From Patescibacteria group bacterium (GTDB lineage Bacteria > Patescibacteriota > Patescibacteriia > Patescibacteriales > GWC2-42-12), in NCBI GenBank assembly GCA_041662965.1, contig JBAZRI010000003.1:1331-65330 (forward strand): a stretch of 64,000 nucleotides of DNA, given 5' to 3'. A program made the translations under genes and the position numbers. Every line of letters begins with the position of its first letter. The stretch's first letter is position 1. Shown here piece by piece: positions 8,639 through 18,059 of the stretch. Below the pieces are notes generated by a model. It saw only the letters and a program-made list of their open reading frames with translations. It had not been told where the DNA came from and did not search any database.

Positions 8639-9685
8639 TTAATCTTTTAAATTAAACGACTTAACCATCATTTGAAAAATATTAAAATACTCCAAAATAT
8701 TTCCGCCGCCCGGATTATAGGTTAAGCTGAATATGTAATTTTGTTTTTTATCAATTAAATATATGTTTAAGCCGTCAGGGCTTTTAATCCCCTGCCAACC
8801 TGCCTGTCCGGTAGGCAGGTTAGAGCCGCTTACCCGGTCGGTTTCATTAATGGTTAAAACGCCGAGCTGCTCCATGTACCAAGCGTCAAGCGCCTGCTTA
8901 TCAACGTTAGGCTGGACGATAACCTGCACGAATTGATTGTCGCCGGTTTTAAACATCAGCGAATCGTCTCCGCCGTTAACGCTGGTTTGCCAAGTCGTAG
9001 GATAAAGCAAATCATAAGAGAAAGTCTTATTCTCATAAAGCGAAATATTGGAGTTAGCGGTTAATTTCCCCGCGCCGGCCGGATTATATAAATTTATAAG
9101 TTCAGAGCCGTCCGTATAGCCGTCGCCGTCGGTATCAGGCACAATCGCGCTGGCATTTAAAAGAATTTCTTCCATATCGGTTAAGCCGTCATTATCGCCG
9201 TCCGCGCCAACGCGCAAACTAAGACCCTCTTCCCCGGACGCAATTTCCGGAGTCGTCGTGGCTATGGTCGTAGTCGCGGTCTCTCCGCCAAGAGGCAAAG
9301 TTGTTATTTCCGTGCCGGTGGCGGTTAGAGCGCTCGAGGCTTCAGGTTTTTTCTCGGTTTTTTCCCCGGCCTGGCTCGCCTCTGTCGGCTGATTATTTTC
9401 CGCGGTTAAAGACGGCTCTTGGGTAATAACTACGCTTGGCTTTCTAAATAAAAAATAATACAAGCCGGCCGAAGCTATCAGTAAAACTACGGCTCCGCCG
9501 ATAATTATTACTAAGCCGGTAGTTTTAGCACTGTCCTTTTTAACCGGCTGATTGCGAAAACGCTCGGGCATGACATGAATAGCTATATTATCGGCTTTAA
9601 CCGGCTCTTTTAGCGCCGGACCTTGAATTTCTTCCTTGATTGCTTCAGTTTGCCCTGATTTGTTTTTTCTAAAAAAATTAAACAT
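8639..9685 (-). CDS. membrane-anchored protein with thrombospondin type-3-like Ca-binding repeats
   Basis: One TM helix, a Thr/Glu-rich linker, and DGDNDGLTDMEE / DTDGDGYTDGSE motifs. Confidence 0.6.
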   Translation of the reverse strand: MFNFFRKNKSGQTEAIKEEIQGPALKEPVKADNIAIHVMPERFRNQPVKKDSAKTTGLVIIIGGAVVLLIASAGLYYFLFRKPSVVITQEPSLTAENNQPTEASQAGEKTEKKPEASSALTATGTEITTLPLGGETATTTIATTTPEIASGEEGLSLRVGADGDNDGLTDMEEILLNASAIVPDTDGDGYTDGSELINLYNPAGAGKLTANSNISLYENKTFSYDLLYPTTWQTSVNGGDDSLMFKTGDNQFVQVIVQPNVDKQALDAWYMEQLGVLTINETDRVSGSNLPTGQAGWQGIKSPDGLNIYLIDKKQNYIFSLTYNPGGGNILEYFNIFQMMVKSFNLKD

Positions 9686-9700
9686 ATTGTAATGGCTGAT

Positions 9701-10354
9701 TTATTTTATTGATTTATCTATTTCATACAACCTGCCTTGGCCGTTGGGATTATAGTTATTTTTAACTTCGGCTCCGTCCTTAAAGCCGTCTCCGTCCGTA
9801 TCAGCCTTCAAAGGATCGGTTTTATAAACTTTTACTTCTTCGCGGTCGGTCAAACCGTCAGAATCGCTATCAGGATTATTAGAATTAATTCCAAGGCCAA
9901 CTTCTTCTTCGTCGGTCAAACCGTCAGAATCGCTATCGACCGGCTGGGCAACTATCGGCTGATTTAGCTGATTAGCGGCATTATTAATTTCTCCCGTAGC
10001 CGGCGCCGTAACTTCGGGCGTAAGCTGATCATTATTAACTTCTTTGTTTACCTCCAGATTAGCCGGAGCGGTTTTTTTAGCCATTAACCTTAAGCCAAGA
10101 TAGCCGCCGCCGAAGACAATAATTAAAACGCCTAGTATCAAGCCGAAAATTATTTTCTTATTTTTTAGCCAGCCATCTTCCGCCGGGATGACGGTCCCGA
10201 TAGCCGGCGGTAAATTAATATCTCTCGGCCTAAGCGCTTCGGGCTTAACGATTTTGTCCACTTCGGAAAAAATGTCTTCGGTTTTAGGCGGCGTCTGACC
10301 GGCCGGCCGAACGCCGCTGCCGGATGCCGCGTTTTTATCCAATTCGTCAAACAT
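9701..10354 (-). CDS. membrane-anchored protein with thrombospondin type-3-like repeats
   Basis: One TM helix and the motifs DSDSDGLTDEEE, DSDSDGLTDREE and DTDGDGFKDGAE. Confidence 0.6.
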   Translation of the reverse strand: MFDELDKNAASGSGVRPAGQTPPKTEDIFSEVDKIVKPEALRPRDINLPPAIGTVIPAEDGWLKNKKIIFGLILGVLIIVFGGGYLGLRLMAKKTAPANLEVNKEVNNDQLTPEVTAPATGEINNAANQLNQPIVAQPVDSDSDGLTDEEEVGLGINSNNPDSDSDGLTDREEVKVYKTDPLKADTDGDGFKDGAEVKNNYNPNGQGRLYEIDKSIK

Positions 10355-10388
10355 AAAGTTATTTCGGGGACTGCCCCCAATTAATAAA

Positions 10389-13300
10389 TTATAATATTGT
10401 TAAATTAATTTCCGCGGATTTGTTGCTTTCGTTGGCTTTAAGGTCTAAAGCGCTAACCGCGAAATAATAAGTAACTCCGGCGGTTAAATTACTGATGGTA
10501 ATCTCACATTGCCCGGTAGCGGCCGAACATTTATTTTTTTCCAAATTAACCGCCGCGCCCAAAGAACCGCTCTCGGCGCCGTAATAAATTTTATAAATCG
10601 CCGTATCGTCCGTATTGGCCGTCCAGCTTAAAGTGGCTTTAGTGGTAGTAGCCGTACCGGCTAAGCCTTGCGGAGTTTGCGGCGCCCAAACATCGGCCGG
10701 AACCGCCGTAGTCTCGTTGGAATAACTGCTCTCGGCTCCGCTCTTATATTTAGCCGTAACCGCGAAATAATATTTTACCCCATTGGTTAAATTGCCGACT
10801 ATCGCCGGATTGGCGGCCGTGCCCGGCAAAGCGGCGGAAATTGATTGGCTGTAACTGCCGGATTTAACGCCATAATAAATTAAATATTTATCAAAAATTT
10901 GATCGGGCGGTACGGCGATAGCCTGCCAAGTCAAGCCGGCCTTGCCGCCCTGCTTAATCGCGTCATTAGTCGTCGTGGCTAGGCCTGAAGCAATGTCCGG
11001 CGTGTCTTCTCTAAAGAAATAAAACTCTTTTAAAATATTTTGCTCGGCTGATGAACCGCGGATTACGGTCGTATCGCTTAAAATAGGCGGTAAATCATCT
11101 ATGGTGCCGGCTCCTTCCGTATCGCGGCAATAATATAATTCAAAATTAGCGTCAGAACAACCGCCGGCCGTGACAGTGCAGTTAACAGACGCATCGCGCC
11201 ACGGCTCCCAGCTACCATCAGCTTTAAAAGGCGGCCAAGGATTAGAACATAAAAAGACATAAATTTCAGCCTCTTTTTCTTTAAACTGCCCGACGGTTGA
11301 TAATTTACTGATTTCATCCTGCGTAATAGTGGTTTTGGCATGAAGCAAAGTATTGGCTTCTTTAACGTTTTGCGCCACCAGCGTTTGAGCCGGATTATCG
11401 TCAAGCGCGTTTTCCCCATTTTTAAACTTCACCACCGATTTATCGTCTATAGTCCAATCCCAGCGCCAATTATAAACATTTTCAATCGGCATGATCGGCT
11501 GATTGGCCGCGTAATATGCCGTAGCGCGGAAAACTTTATCGCCGTCTCTTATGGTATCATAAGCGGCATTAGCCGAATTATCATCGGCCGAATCGTTAAT
11601 TGCCGTGGTAAATAAATAGCCTGACGGATTAATATTAACATAATTAACTAAGCAAATTCCGTTATTGGCCGCGGTATTAGGCTTAGCGGTAAACGACCAA
11701 ATTTTTCCTTTAAAATTAACGCCGTTGAAAGTTTCTTCATTAGTTGATTTCAAGCCTATGCCCGCCTGGCTTAAAACTCCATTATTCATAGCGTCGGCAA
11801 TATCAGAGTCGCCTTTGATTATAACATAATATTTTCTATTGGCCTCTAAAACTTTTTGCAGTTTAAATTCCAGCACGGTTTTTTCATCAGCCGTAACATA
11901 GCCGCCAGCCAGCCCGGAGACAGCGCAAAAATTTCCGGTTAAAGCCTGGGCTTGATTAATGAAAATCTTATTTAATATCGGCAGGCCAGCCAGCCAGCTG
12001 GTTAATCTGGCCAGCAAGCTCGGTTTATAAGCCGCGGTTAGATATTTAGTATTGGCCGGGCATTGGTCAGAGCCATATTCTCCGGCCACGATAATATTGC
12101 CGTTAAAAGTGCTTATTTGCATGGGCTGATCAAAAGTGGCTTTTATCAGGCTGTTGCGGCAAACATCAATGGCGCCGCCAGCCGGCATAGTCTCAATCAC
12201 GCTCGGCCTGGCATGACAGCAAGTATCATAGCCGCAGCCAACCGCGTTAGCATCGCCGCATTCATTGTCTCTGGAACAGCCGCAGCATAACCCGCGCTTA
12301 TCGCCCGAACAAGGCTCTTGGTTAGGTTTACAAGTTAAAAGAGGGTTTAAAGTTCTACAGCTATCCGGCGCGGCCAAAGGATCGCAGCAGCAAGTGCCGC
12401 AATTCGGAGCCGCCGGCCCGTCGCCGTTTTCATTGATACAAGCAAAGCCGACGCATTTATTAATATCGCAGCTCTGCGTTGTGGTGGCGCTACTAAAACA
12501 AGTATTGCCGAATTGAGCTACTGGCCGGCATTTATTATTACATTCAGTTAAAGTCTTATAATTCGGCGAGCTGGAAGAAGCCACGGCCGTATTAGAACAG
12601 CTGCCGGTATTGCATTCATAATAAGCGCAGTAATTATAGGCCGGCAGGCCGGCGGCATACGGCGCTTCGCCGCCGCGGCAAGCATTATTCTTTTCCGCGT
12701 CAACACAGCAGGCGCCCGCGCCCAGGCCGCTGCAAACCGCCGCGTCGCTGATCTGGGCGCAGTCTTGGCAAATGCCGGACGGATTAGCCGTATCAATTAA
12801 ACAGAATTTGCCGCTGGTTCCCGAACAATTGCAGGCCTCGTTATGCTCGGCTTGAGTCGTACCCGCGCTGGCGCAGCCGGAGCAATGGCCATAAGTGTTG
12901 GTATTGGCGGTTATGTCGCTGCCGCATTCGCCTTCGCACTTTAAAGGCGAGCAGCAATCCTCGCTGTCATGGCCGATGCGGCAGCAGCATTCGCAGCTGG
13001 CGTCATCATTCTTCACACATTTATCATCATTGCCGCAAACCGAACCGACCGGGCACAGGCTCTGCTCAACCGCGCAAACGCCATTAACCGCGGCGGCCGT
13101 TTCTTTAAGGCATTTAAAACCCGTAGCGCAAGCCGAACAAGTCGTATTATTTTCCACGCAGCGGCCGCCGGAAATACTGGTCCAGCCGGCCGGGCAAGAA
13201 GTGCTAATTTCTATAATCCATCTATTTTGATTATTATAAGCCAGACAATCAGCCGTGGCAGTGGCCGGAACTCCGCTAAGCGTATAATTAACAACTTTAG

Positions 13301-15752
13301 GCAGAGCGCAGGTTTGGAGCCTAACGAAGAAGGGGCGATTAGATTGAGCCTTTTTAACGCACTTATCAATCGCCGACCGATAGATACATAAATTAGTTTG
13401 GCAAACATTAAAATTATTACAGCTATGGTCGCAAGTACCGGTTTGACTGATTTCACCGCCGGCGTAAGTTGAACATTTTCCCGGCGAATTCGGGCAGAAA
13501 TAGCTTGAAGAGCATTGGCTTAAGCCGTAGCTTGAGCAAGCTTCGCCGTCAGTGCATTCATCATAGCCGTCATTATCCAAATCTCGGCAGCCGCCGGTTG
13601 AACAGCACTCTAAATCACCGCTACATTGATCCGGCTGATTGGGCGGACAGCTATCGCATTGGCCGGTAAGGTGATTGCATTGGTTGGGGGCGCAGCAGTT
13701 AAAGGTAACCGGACTGCCCGGCGGAGCATTAGGTATATCACATTTTTCTTGGCCGATTAAACAATCTCCGGCCACGGTGGAAAACGTCCAGCCAAAACCG
13801 CAGCCTCCGGGCGCTCCCTGGGCGCAAGTGCCGGCCGCGCGGCAGATGCCTGACCAGTAAGTTCCACCGCCGCAGCATTCTTCGCCTAATTCGCATTCGG
13901 AATTAGCCGAACACTTGCCCACGCGAAATGGCAAAGGATTGCTAAGATAGCCTTGATTATTAATTATTCTAAACGGACCATTAACCGAATCAATCGGCAC
14001 GTTATTATCAACTTTCTGATCGGTCCAACTTGTTATGGACGCGTCCTTATTATTAAAATACTGGGCGCGGCCGCTTCCCTGATTAGCGCCGAATCTTTCG
14101 CCGTTAGCGGTTACCGGCCAGCCGACCGGACCGTTATTCGGGTTTAACAGACAAAGGCCGGGATTAAGCGCCTCGTCATTAATGGTAAAATCGGCCGGCA
14201 AACTTACTTTATCGTCAGAATTAGTAACTTCAACTTTATAATCGCCTAAATTATTTACTTCCGGCACTTTAACCACGATATAAGTATTATGCCACCAATT
14301 ATTACGGCAAGGCTCGGGAAAATCAATGTCCGCGTTAATTTTATTGCTTTGATCGGCCGGTAAATAAAATTTCACCGAACTTTTTTGCGCGTTATATATT
14401 TTAAAATTACGGCCATAAATGGTTATGTACTGGCCGGCCGGGCCATTATCCGGCTCAATATAATCAATGGCCGGATTGGTATCCGCGTTATTTATTATGG
14501 TAAAAATAAGATCATTGGAATTAATGTTGTTTGTTTGGACAAAGACCGAATTCCTGCCGTCTCTGATATTAGGCACGGTGGCGTCAACCGAAGTATTGGT
14601 CCAGTTGGCAATATCATTGGCCGCTATCGGACTGGCGCTACTGCCGAAAAAAACCGAATGAGGGGAAAGGTTAAAAGCCGTGCCTTGCACGTTAAAAGCG
14701 TCAGCCAGACCGCCGCTCGCCGGATCAACTAAGCAGATGCCCGGACGGTGAATATTATTGACTGAAAAATCATTAATATGCGCGCCGCGGTTATTATCCG
14801 TGGTGTCATAATAATTTCTGCTGTCAATTACTTTAATCGGCCCGCTAACCGCTCCAGCGGGCACCACGGCGATAATTTGGTTATCTTGCCAGAAACTAGA
14901 ACATAATGGATTAACTTGATTGGGAAAACCGGCAATTTTATCGTCAGCAGGATTATTAGGATCGCCCATAAAAATTACTTGTCCGGTCGTGGTGCCGAAA
15001 TATCCGCCGCCGATGGTAATAAAATTACCAACCGCGCCGTTAGGCGTTGAAGAAGCGTCAATCGGGCTCACCCAGGCGATTAAGGGCGTTTTAATGCAAG
15101 TGCAATTATCACTGGACGAACAAACTAAATTATTGGCGCAGTCGCCGGCTTGGCAGTCGGGCAGATTAGCATCAACGTCGCAGCTCTCGCCTTCTAAAGG
15201 CTGGGTAATCCTTCTGCAGATACAATCAATGCTTGAACAATTAAAACCCGTGGCGCATCGGCCGAACGCGCAACTCATATCTTGCAAATCAGTTAAGCAA
15301 GGATCCCCTTCTCCCGGCAAACCGCCGCCGCCCGGAGGCACTACGCCTCCGCCGCCAGTGTTAGTCGTGCCGTCTCCGCCGGTAGCATTTAATAAACGAT
15401 TTAAAACAAAGCTGGCGATAGCGAACGAAGCTAAGCAAATCACCAAGCCGATAACCGCGCCGATTAATATTTTCTTGGCTTTTTCAATTTTATCCGCTTC
15501 GCCCGCGGCCGTCATCCATAGCCAGCCAGCGTAAATTATCAAGCCCACGGCGATAATGCCTAAAAAACCCAAAAATATTCTAATTATATTGGCCGCGATA
15601 ACGCGCGGGTCGTTAGCCGCGCTTAAGCCCGTGCCTTCGGCGTAGTTTAAGCCGACTTCCGGCCCGGTAGCGGCCAAAACGAAATCAGCCACAGTAAAGA
15701 TAGCTGCAAGTAAACAGATAAAAAATAATAATTTTTTTATTCTAATTTTCAT
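10389..15752 (-). CDS. giant (about 1787 aa) Cys-rich surface protein with an N-terminal TrbC/VirB2-like 'T4SS pilin' membrane domain
   Basis: N-terminus AAGPEVGLNYAEGTGLS...IIAVGLIIYAGWLWMTAAGEADKIEKAKKILIGAVIGLVI (two-helix pilin-like domain), followed by a Gly/Pro linker. Then Cys-rich modules, IPT/TIG-like segments (GNFITIGGGYFG, GQYITIYGRNFK), a long Cys-rich region, and two FN3-like repeats at the C-terminus. I trimmed the start to ATG 15752 because the codons upstream read through a repeat element. Confidence 0.8.
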   Translation of the reverse strand: MKIRIKKLLFFICLLAAIFTVADFVLAATGPEVGLNYAEGTGLSAANDPRVIAANIIRIFLGFLGIIAVGLIIYAGWLWMTAAGEADKIEKAKKILIGAVIGLVICLASFAIASFVLNRLLNATGGDGTTNTGGGGVVPPGGGGLPGEGDPCLTDLQDMSCAFGRCATGFNCSSIDCICRRITQPLEGESCDVDANLPDCQAGDCANNLVCSSSDNCTCIKTPLIAWVSPIDASSTPNGAVGNFITIGGGYFGTTTGQVIFMGDPNNPADDKIAGFPNQVNPLCSSFWQDNQIIAVVPAGAVSGPIKVIDSRNYYDTTDNNRGAHINDFSVNNIHRPGICLVDPASGGLADAFNVQGTAFNLSPHSVFFGSSASPIAANDIANWTNTSVDATVPNIRDGRNSVFVQTNNINSNDLIFTIINNADTNPAIDYIEPDNGPAGQYITIYGRNFKIYNAQKSSVKFYLPADQSNKINADIDFPEPCRNNWWHNTYIVVKVPEVNNLGDYKVEVTNSDDKVSLPADFTINDEALNPGLCLLNPNNGPVGWPVTANGERFGANQGSGRAQYFNNKDASITSWTDQKVDNNVPIDSVNGPFRIINNQGYLSNPLPFRVGKCSANSECELGEECCGGGTYWSGICRAAGTCAQGAPGGCGFGWTFSTVAGDCLIGQEKCDIPNAPPGSPVTFNCCAPNQCNHLTGQCDSCPPNQPDQCSGDLECCSTGGCRDLDNDGYDECTDGEACSSYGLSQCSSSYFCPNSPGKCSTYAGGEISQTGTCDHSCNNFNVCQTNLCIYRSAIDKCVKKAQSNRPFFVRLQTCALPKVVNYTLSGVPATATADCLAYNNQNRWIIEISTSCPAGWTSISGGRCVENNTTCSACATGFKCLKETAAAVNGVCAVEQSLCPVGSVCGNDDKCVKNDDASCECCCRIGHDSEDCCSPLKCEGECGSDITANTNTYGHCSGCASAGTTQAEHNEACNCSGTSGKFCLIDTANPSGICQDCAQISDAAVCSGLGAGACCVDAEKNNACRGGEAPYAAGLPAYNYCAYYECNTGSCSNTAVASSSSPNYKTLTECNNKCRPVAQFGNTCFSSATTTQSCDINKCVGFACINENGDGPAAPNCGTCCCDPLAAPDSCRTLNPLLTCKPNQEPCSGDKRGLCCGCSRDNECGDANAVGCGYDTCCHARPSVIETMPAGGAIDVCRNSLIKATFDQPMQISTFNGNIIVAGEYGSDQCPANTKYLTAAYKPSLLARLTSWLAGLPILNKIFINQAQALTGNFCAVSGLAGGYVTADEKTVLEFKLQKVLEANRKYYVIIKGDSDIADAMNNGVLSQAGIGLKSTNEETFNGVNFKGKIWSFTAKPNTAANNGICLVNYVNINPSGYLFTTAINDSADDNSANAAYDTIRDGDKVFRATAYYAANQPIMPIENVYNWRWDWTIDDKSVVKFKNGENALDDNPAQTLVAQNVKEANTLLHAKTTITQDEISKLSTVGQFKEKEAEIYVFLCSNPWPPFKADGSWEPWRDASVNCTVTAGGCSDANFELYYCRDTEGAGTIDDLPPILSDTTVIRGSSAEQNILKEFYFFREDTPDIASGLATTTNDAIKQGGKAGLTWQAIAVPPDQIFDKYLIYYGVKSGSYSQSISAALPGTAANPAIVGNLTNGVKYYFAVTAKYKSGAESSYSNETTAVPADVWAPQTPQGLAGTATTTKATLSWTANTDDTAIYKIYYGAESGSLGAAVNLEKNKCSAATGQCEITISNLTAGVTYYFAVSALDLKANESNKSAEINLTIL

Positions 15753-15753
15753 T

Positions 15754-16234
15754 GTCATTGCGAGCGCCATTTTTGTCATTCCCGAAGCCGCAGGCTGTCG
15801 GGAATCCAGGGGTTAAACGCATAATTAATATTTATAGCATATCAAGAAATAAATCGTACCAGGTTGGGTTGTCTTTTTCTATTAAATTTATTTTCCATTG
15901 CCGATTCCATTTTTTCAATTGTTTTTCTCTTAATATAGCGTCTTGAATATATTGATATTCTTCAAAATATATTAATTTATCAATTTTATCCCCCTCCGGG
16001 GATAAATATTTAGCCGTGAAACTTTGAGGATTTTGTTTTAATTTATGTTGAAAACTTCTATTGAATAAATCTTTGGTTACTCCGATATATAATGTGCCGT
16101 TTCTTTTGCTCGCCAGTATATAAACATAATAAATATGGGCTTTCTTAGTTGTATTATACATAGCATTCATTTCATTCGCGCCTGGATTCCCGCCTGCGCG
16201 GGAATGACAAAGAAATTGGCTTTCTCGCAATGAC
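15754..16234 (-). mobile_element. GIY-YIG ORF flanked by roughly 55 bp terminal inverted repeats
   Basis: The left end GTCATTGCGAG...GTCATTCCCG..GGGAATCCAGG (15754-15810) is the reverse complement of the right end CCTGGATTCCCGCCTGCGCGGGAATGAC...CTCGCAATGAC (16181-16234). The element fills the spacer between two surface-protein genes. Confidence 0.65.
15832..16170 (-). CDS. GIY-YIG nuclease family protein (UPF0213-like)
   Basis: YYVYILASKRNGTLYIGVT...R...H, then EKQLKKWNR. I trimmed the start to ATG 16170 because the ORF-track N-terminus translates the inverted repeat. Confidence 0.8.
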   Translation of the reverse strand: MNAMYNTTKKAHIYYVYILASKRNGTLYIGVTKDLFNRSFQHKLKQNPQSFTAKYLSPEGDKIDKLIYFEEYQYIQDAILREKQLKKWNRQWKINLIEKDNPTWYDLFLDML

Positions 16235-16243
16235 AGCTAATCC

Positions 16244-17974
16244 TTACTGGCAGCTGCTATTACTGCTCGCCGCGCCGTCGCAACAAGACGGATTGCCGTT
16301 TACCCCTAGTCCGGAACAGGGCGTATAGCAATTCTGGTAAATATCCTTAACGCCGGAATTCAACTCTACCGAATAATCAGTATTTTCATTAAACTGATCA
16401 TGATTAACTTTAGCGGTAGTTTTATTGTCGGCAAAATTATCGCTTTTGGTTATCCAATAGTTATAGCCAGCGCCCGCGCTTCTTAAATTTATGCTTGAAC
16501 TGTTTAAGGACGAGCTCATCAGCAATTTACTAAAAGTAGCTTCCGGCACGGCGGATAAATCCACTCCGCTGCCGCCGACCGGCGGGCTGATATGATCTAT
16601 TTTTGGCGGTATGATATCAATCGTATTATTAGTATTAAACAGCCAATAGTAATCATCGCCTTGGCCGTCATGGGTTTGGCTATTGGCGTTATAAGGCGGT
16701 AAAGCACTTTGCGACTCTGGCCCAACCGCCGTGCCGTCGCCATTGCCGTCAAACGAATTATCCGCCATATCAACTACGCCGTTATAGGGGAAAATGGCCG
16801 AAGCGATATCAGGGTCAAAAGCCGCGGCATTGATAAAGGCCTTAATTTGCTTATCGCCGGGCAGGCAATAAATCGTCTGGCCGCAGGAATTAACGCCGCA
16901 AGCGTCAAAAGTCAAATATTCCACGGTTTCATACTGGTTGGAAATGTAAAAAATGCCTTCAATTATAACATTGTCCGTGTTATTAAAAATCTTAATATTT
17001 TCAAAACCGCTGCCGTCTCTAAAAGCTCCGCTGGCCGAAATCGGATCAACCGCTTCGGAAAAATTTATCTGCACGACCACGTTTCTCGGCTCGGTAGCGC
17101 TGGGCTGGGGAATAATGCTCTCAACTTTCGGCGGCGTGATATCAATAAACGTGCCGACTTCAAACATCCAGTCATAAGCAATATCGCCGATGACGGAGCC
17201 AAAAGCCGGATCGCCGTTGACCTTTTTTATGTTTTTACCTAAGCCGACCGAGTACCAAATCTTTTCCGTGGGCGAACCTAAATATTGCGATGGCTTAAAA
17301 ACAAAAGTTTTATTGTCATCGGTTTTTACCGCGCTAACGTCAAAAGTAACCGCGCCGGCCACGCCGTCCACGGTTTTATAAATTTTAATATTTTGCTGAT
17401 TGATTTTATTGTCAACTATAATCGTCGCCGGATCAATCGCCTCTTTAAAAGTAACCGCGATTTTTGTGTTCCTGGGAATATCTTTTTGGTTGCGCCCGGG
17501 ATAATGGGAATTGATTATGCCTGAACCCAAAGCCGAAATTCCGCCGCCTCCGCCTCCGCCCGGAGGCACGGGAACATTGCCGCCGGCCGCGCCCGTCAGC
17601 CTATTTAAAATAAAACTTACAATGGCGAAAGCCGACAAAATAATTATTAAGCCGATAACCGCGTTTTGCAATATTTTTTTCGCTTGCGTTATTTTTTCTT
17701 CATTGCCTTCAGAAGTCATCCAAATCCAGCCGGCATACATTATTAAGCTAACGGCGATAATGCCTAAAAAGCCGATAAAAATCCTGATAATTCTGGCGAT
17801 AATTACTCTAATATCCTGGGAGTTGCTTAAGCCCGTGCCTTCGGCATAGTTTAAGCCGACTTCAGGCCCGGCCGCGGCCAAGGCGAAATTCGCCAATAAA
17901 AAAATAGCCAAGAGCATAAATAAACATATGCCGGCTATTTTATAAAGCCTATTAATTTTTTTGGTTTTTAGCAT
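16244..17974 (-). CDS. surface protein with an N-terminal T4SS-pilin-like domain, Ig-like (SbsA-type) domains and a Cys-rich C-terminus
   Basis: The N-terminus is a paralog of the giant protein (AAGPEVGLNYAEGTGLS...MYAGWIWMTSEGNEEKITQAKKIL). It has a poly-Gly/Pro linker, ITPPKVESIIP...INFSEAVDP, and ends CCDGAASSNSSCQ. Start trimmed to ATG 17974. Confidence 0.75.
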   Translation of the reverse strand: MLKTKKINRLYKIAGICLFMLLAIFLLANFALAAAGPEVGLNYAEGTGLSNSQDIRVIIARIIRIFIGFLGIIAVSLIMYAGWIWMTSEGNEEKITQAKKILQNAVIGLIIILSAFAIVSFILNRLTGAAGGNVPVPPGGGGGGGISALGSGIINSHYPGRNQKDIPRNTKIAVTFKEAIDPATIIVDNKINQQNIKIYKTVDGVAGAVTFDVSAVKTDDNKTFVFKPSQYLGSPTEKIWYSVGLGKNIKKVNGDPAFGSVIGDIAYDWMFEVGTFIDITPPKVESIIPQPSATEPRNVVVQINFSEAVDPISASGAFRDGSGFENIKIFNNTDNVIIEGIFYISNQYETVEYLTFDACGVNSCGQTIYCLPGDKQIKAFINAAAFDPDIASAIFPYNGVVDMADNSFDGNGDGTAVGPESQSALPPYNANSQTHDGQGDDYYWLFNTNNTIDIIPPKIDHISPPVGGSGVDLSAVPEATFSKLLMSSSLNSSSINLRSAGAGYNYWITKSDNFADNKTTAKVNHDQFNENTDYSVELNSGVKDIYQNCYTPCSGLGVNGNPSCCDGAASSNSSCQ

Positions 17975-18059
17975 GGAAAAAATGAATTTAAAAACTTTGA
18001 CTTTTGCACAGTCTTGTAATAATATTATAACATAAACAAAATAGCAAAAGCAAACAATC

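Noticed and set aside
11099-15534. Many 60-200 aa ORFs on both strands inside the giant surface-protein gene and the fibre gene (also 5980..6195, 6925..7167, 7479..7706, 16709..17849).
   Set aside because: They are by-products of GC-richer, repeat-rich coding sequence. The long frame with signal peptide, domain repeats and regular Cys spacing is the coherent one.
15779-16230. N-terminal extensions in the ORF track: the giant protein from 15779, GIY-YIG from 16230, the 607 aa protein from 18067, pth from 39588, pdaD from 57293, porD from 58873, and 60398.
   Set aside because: The extensions translate inverted repeats or word repeats, or they overlap upstream genes. Internal ATG codons give canonical N-termini (signal peptide, or MQIIVGLGNPG for Pth), so I trimmed the starts.
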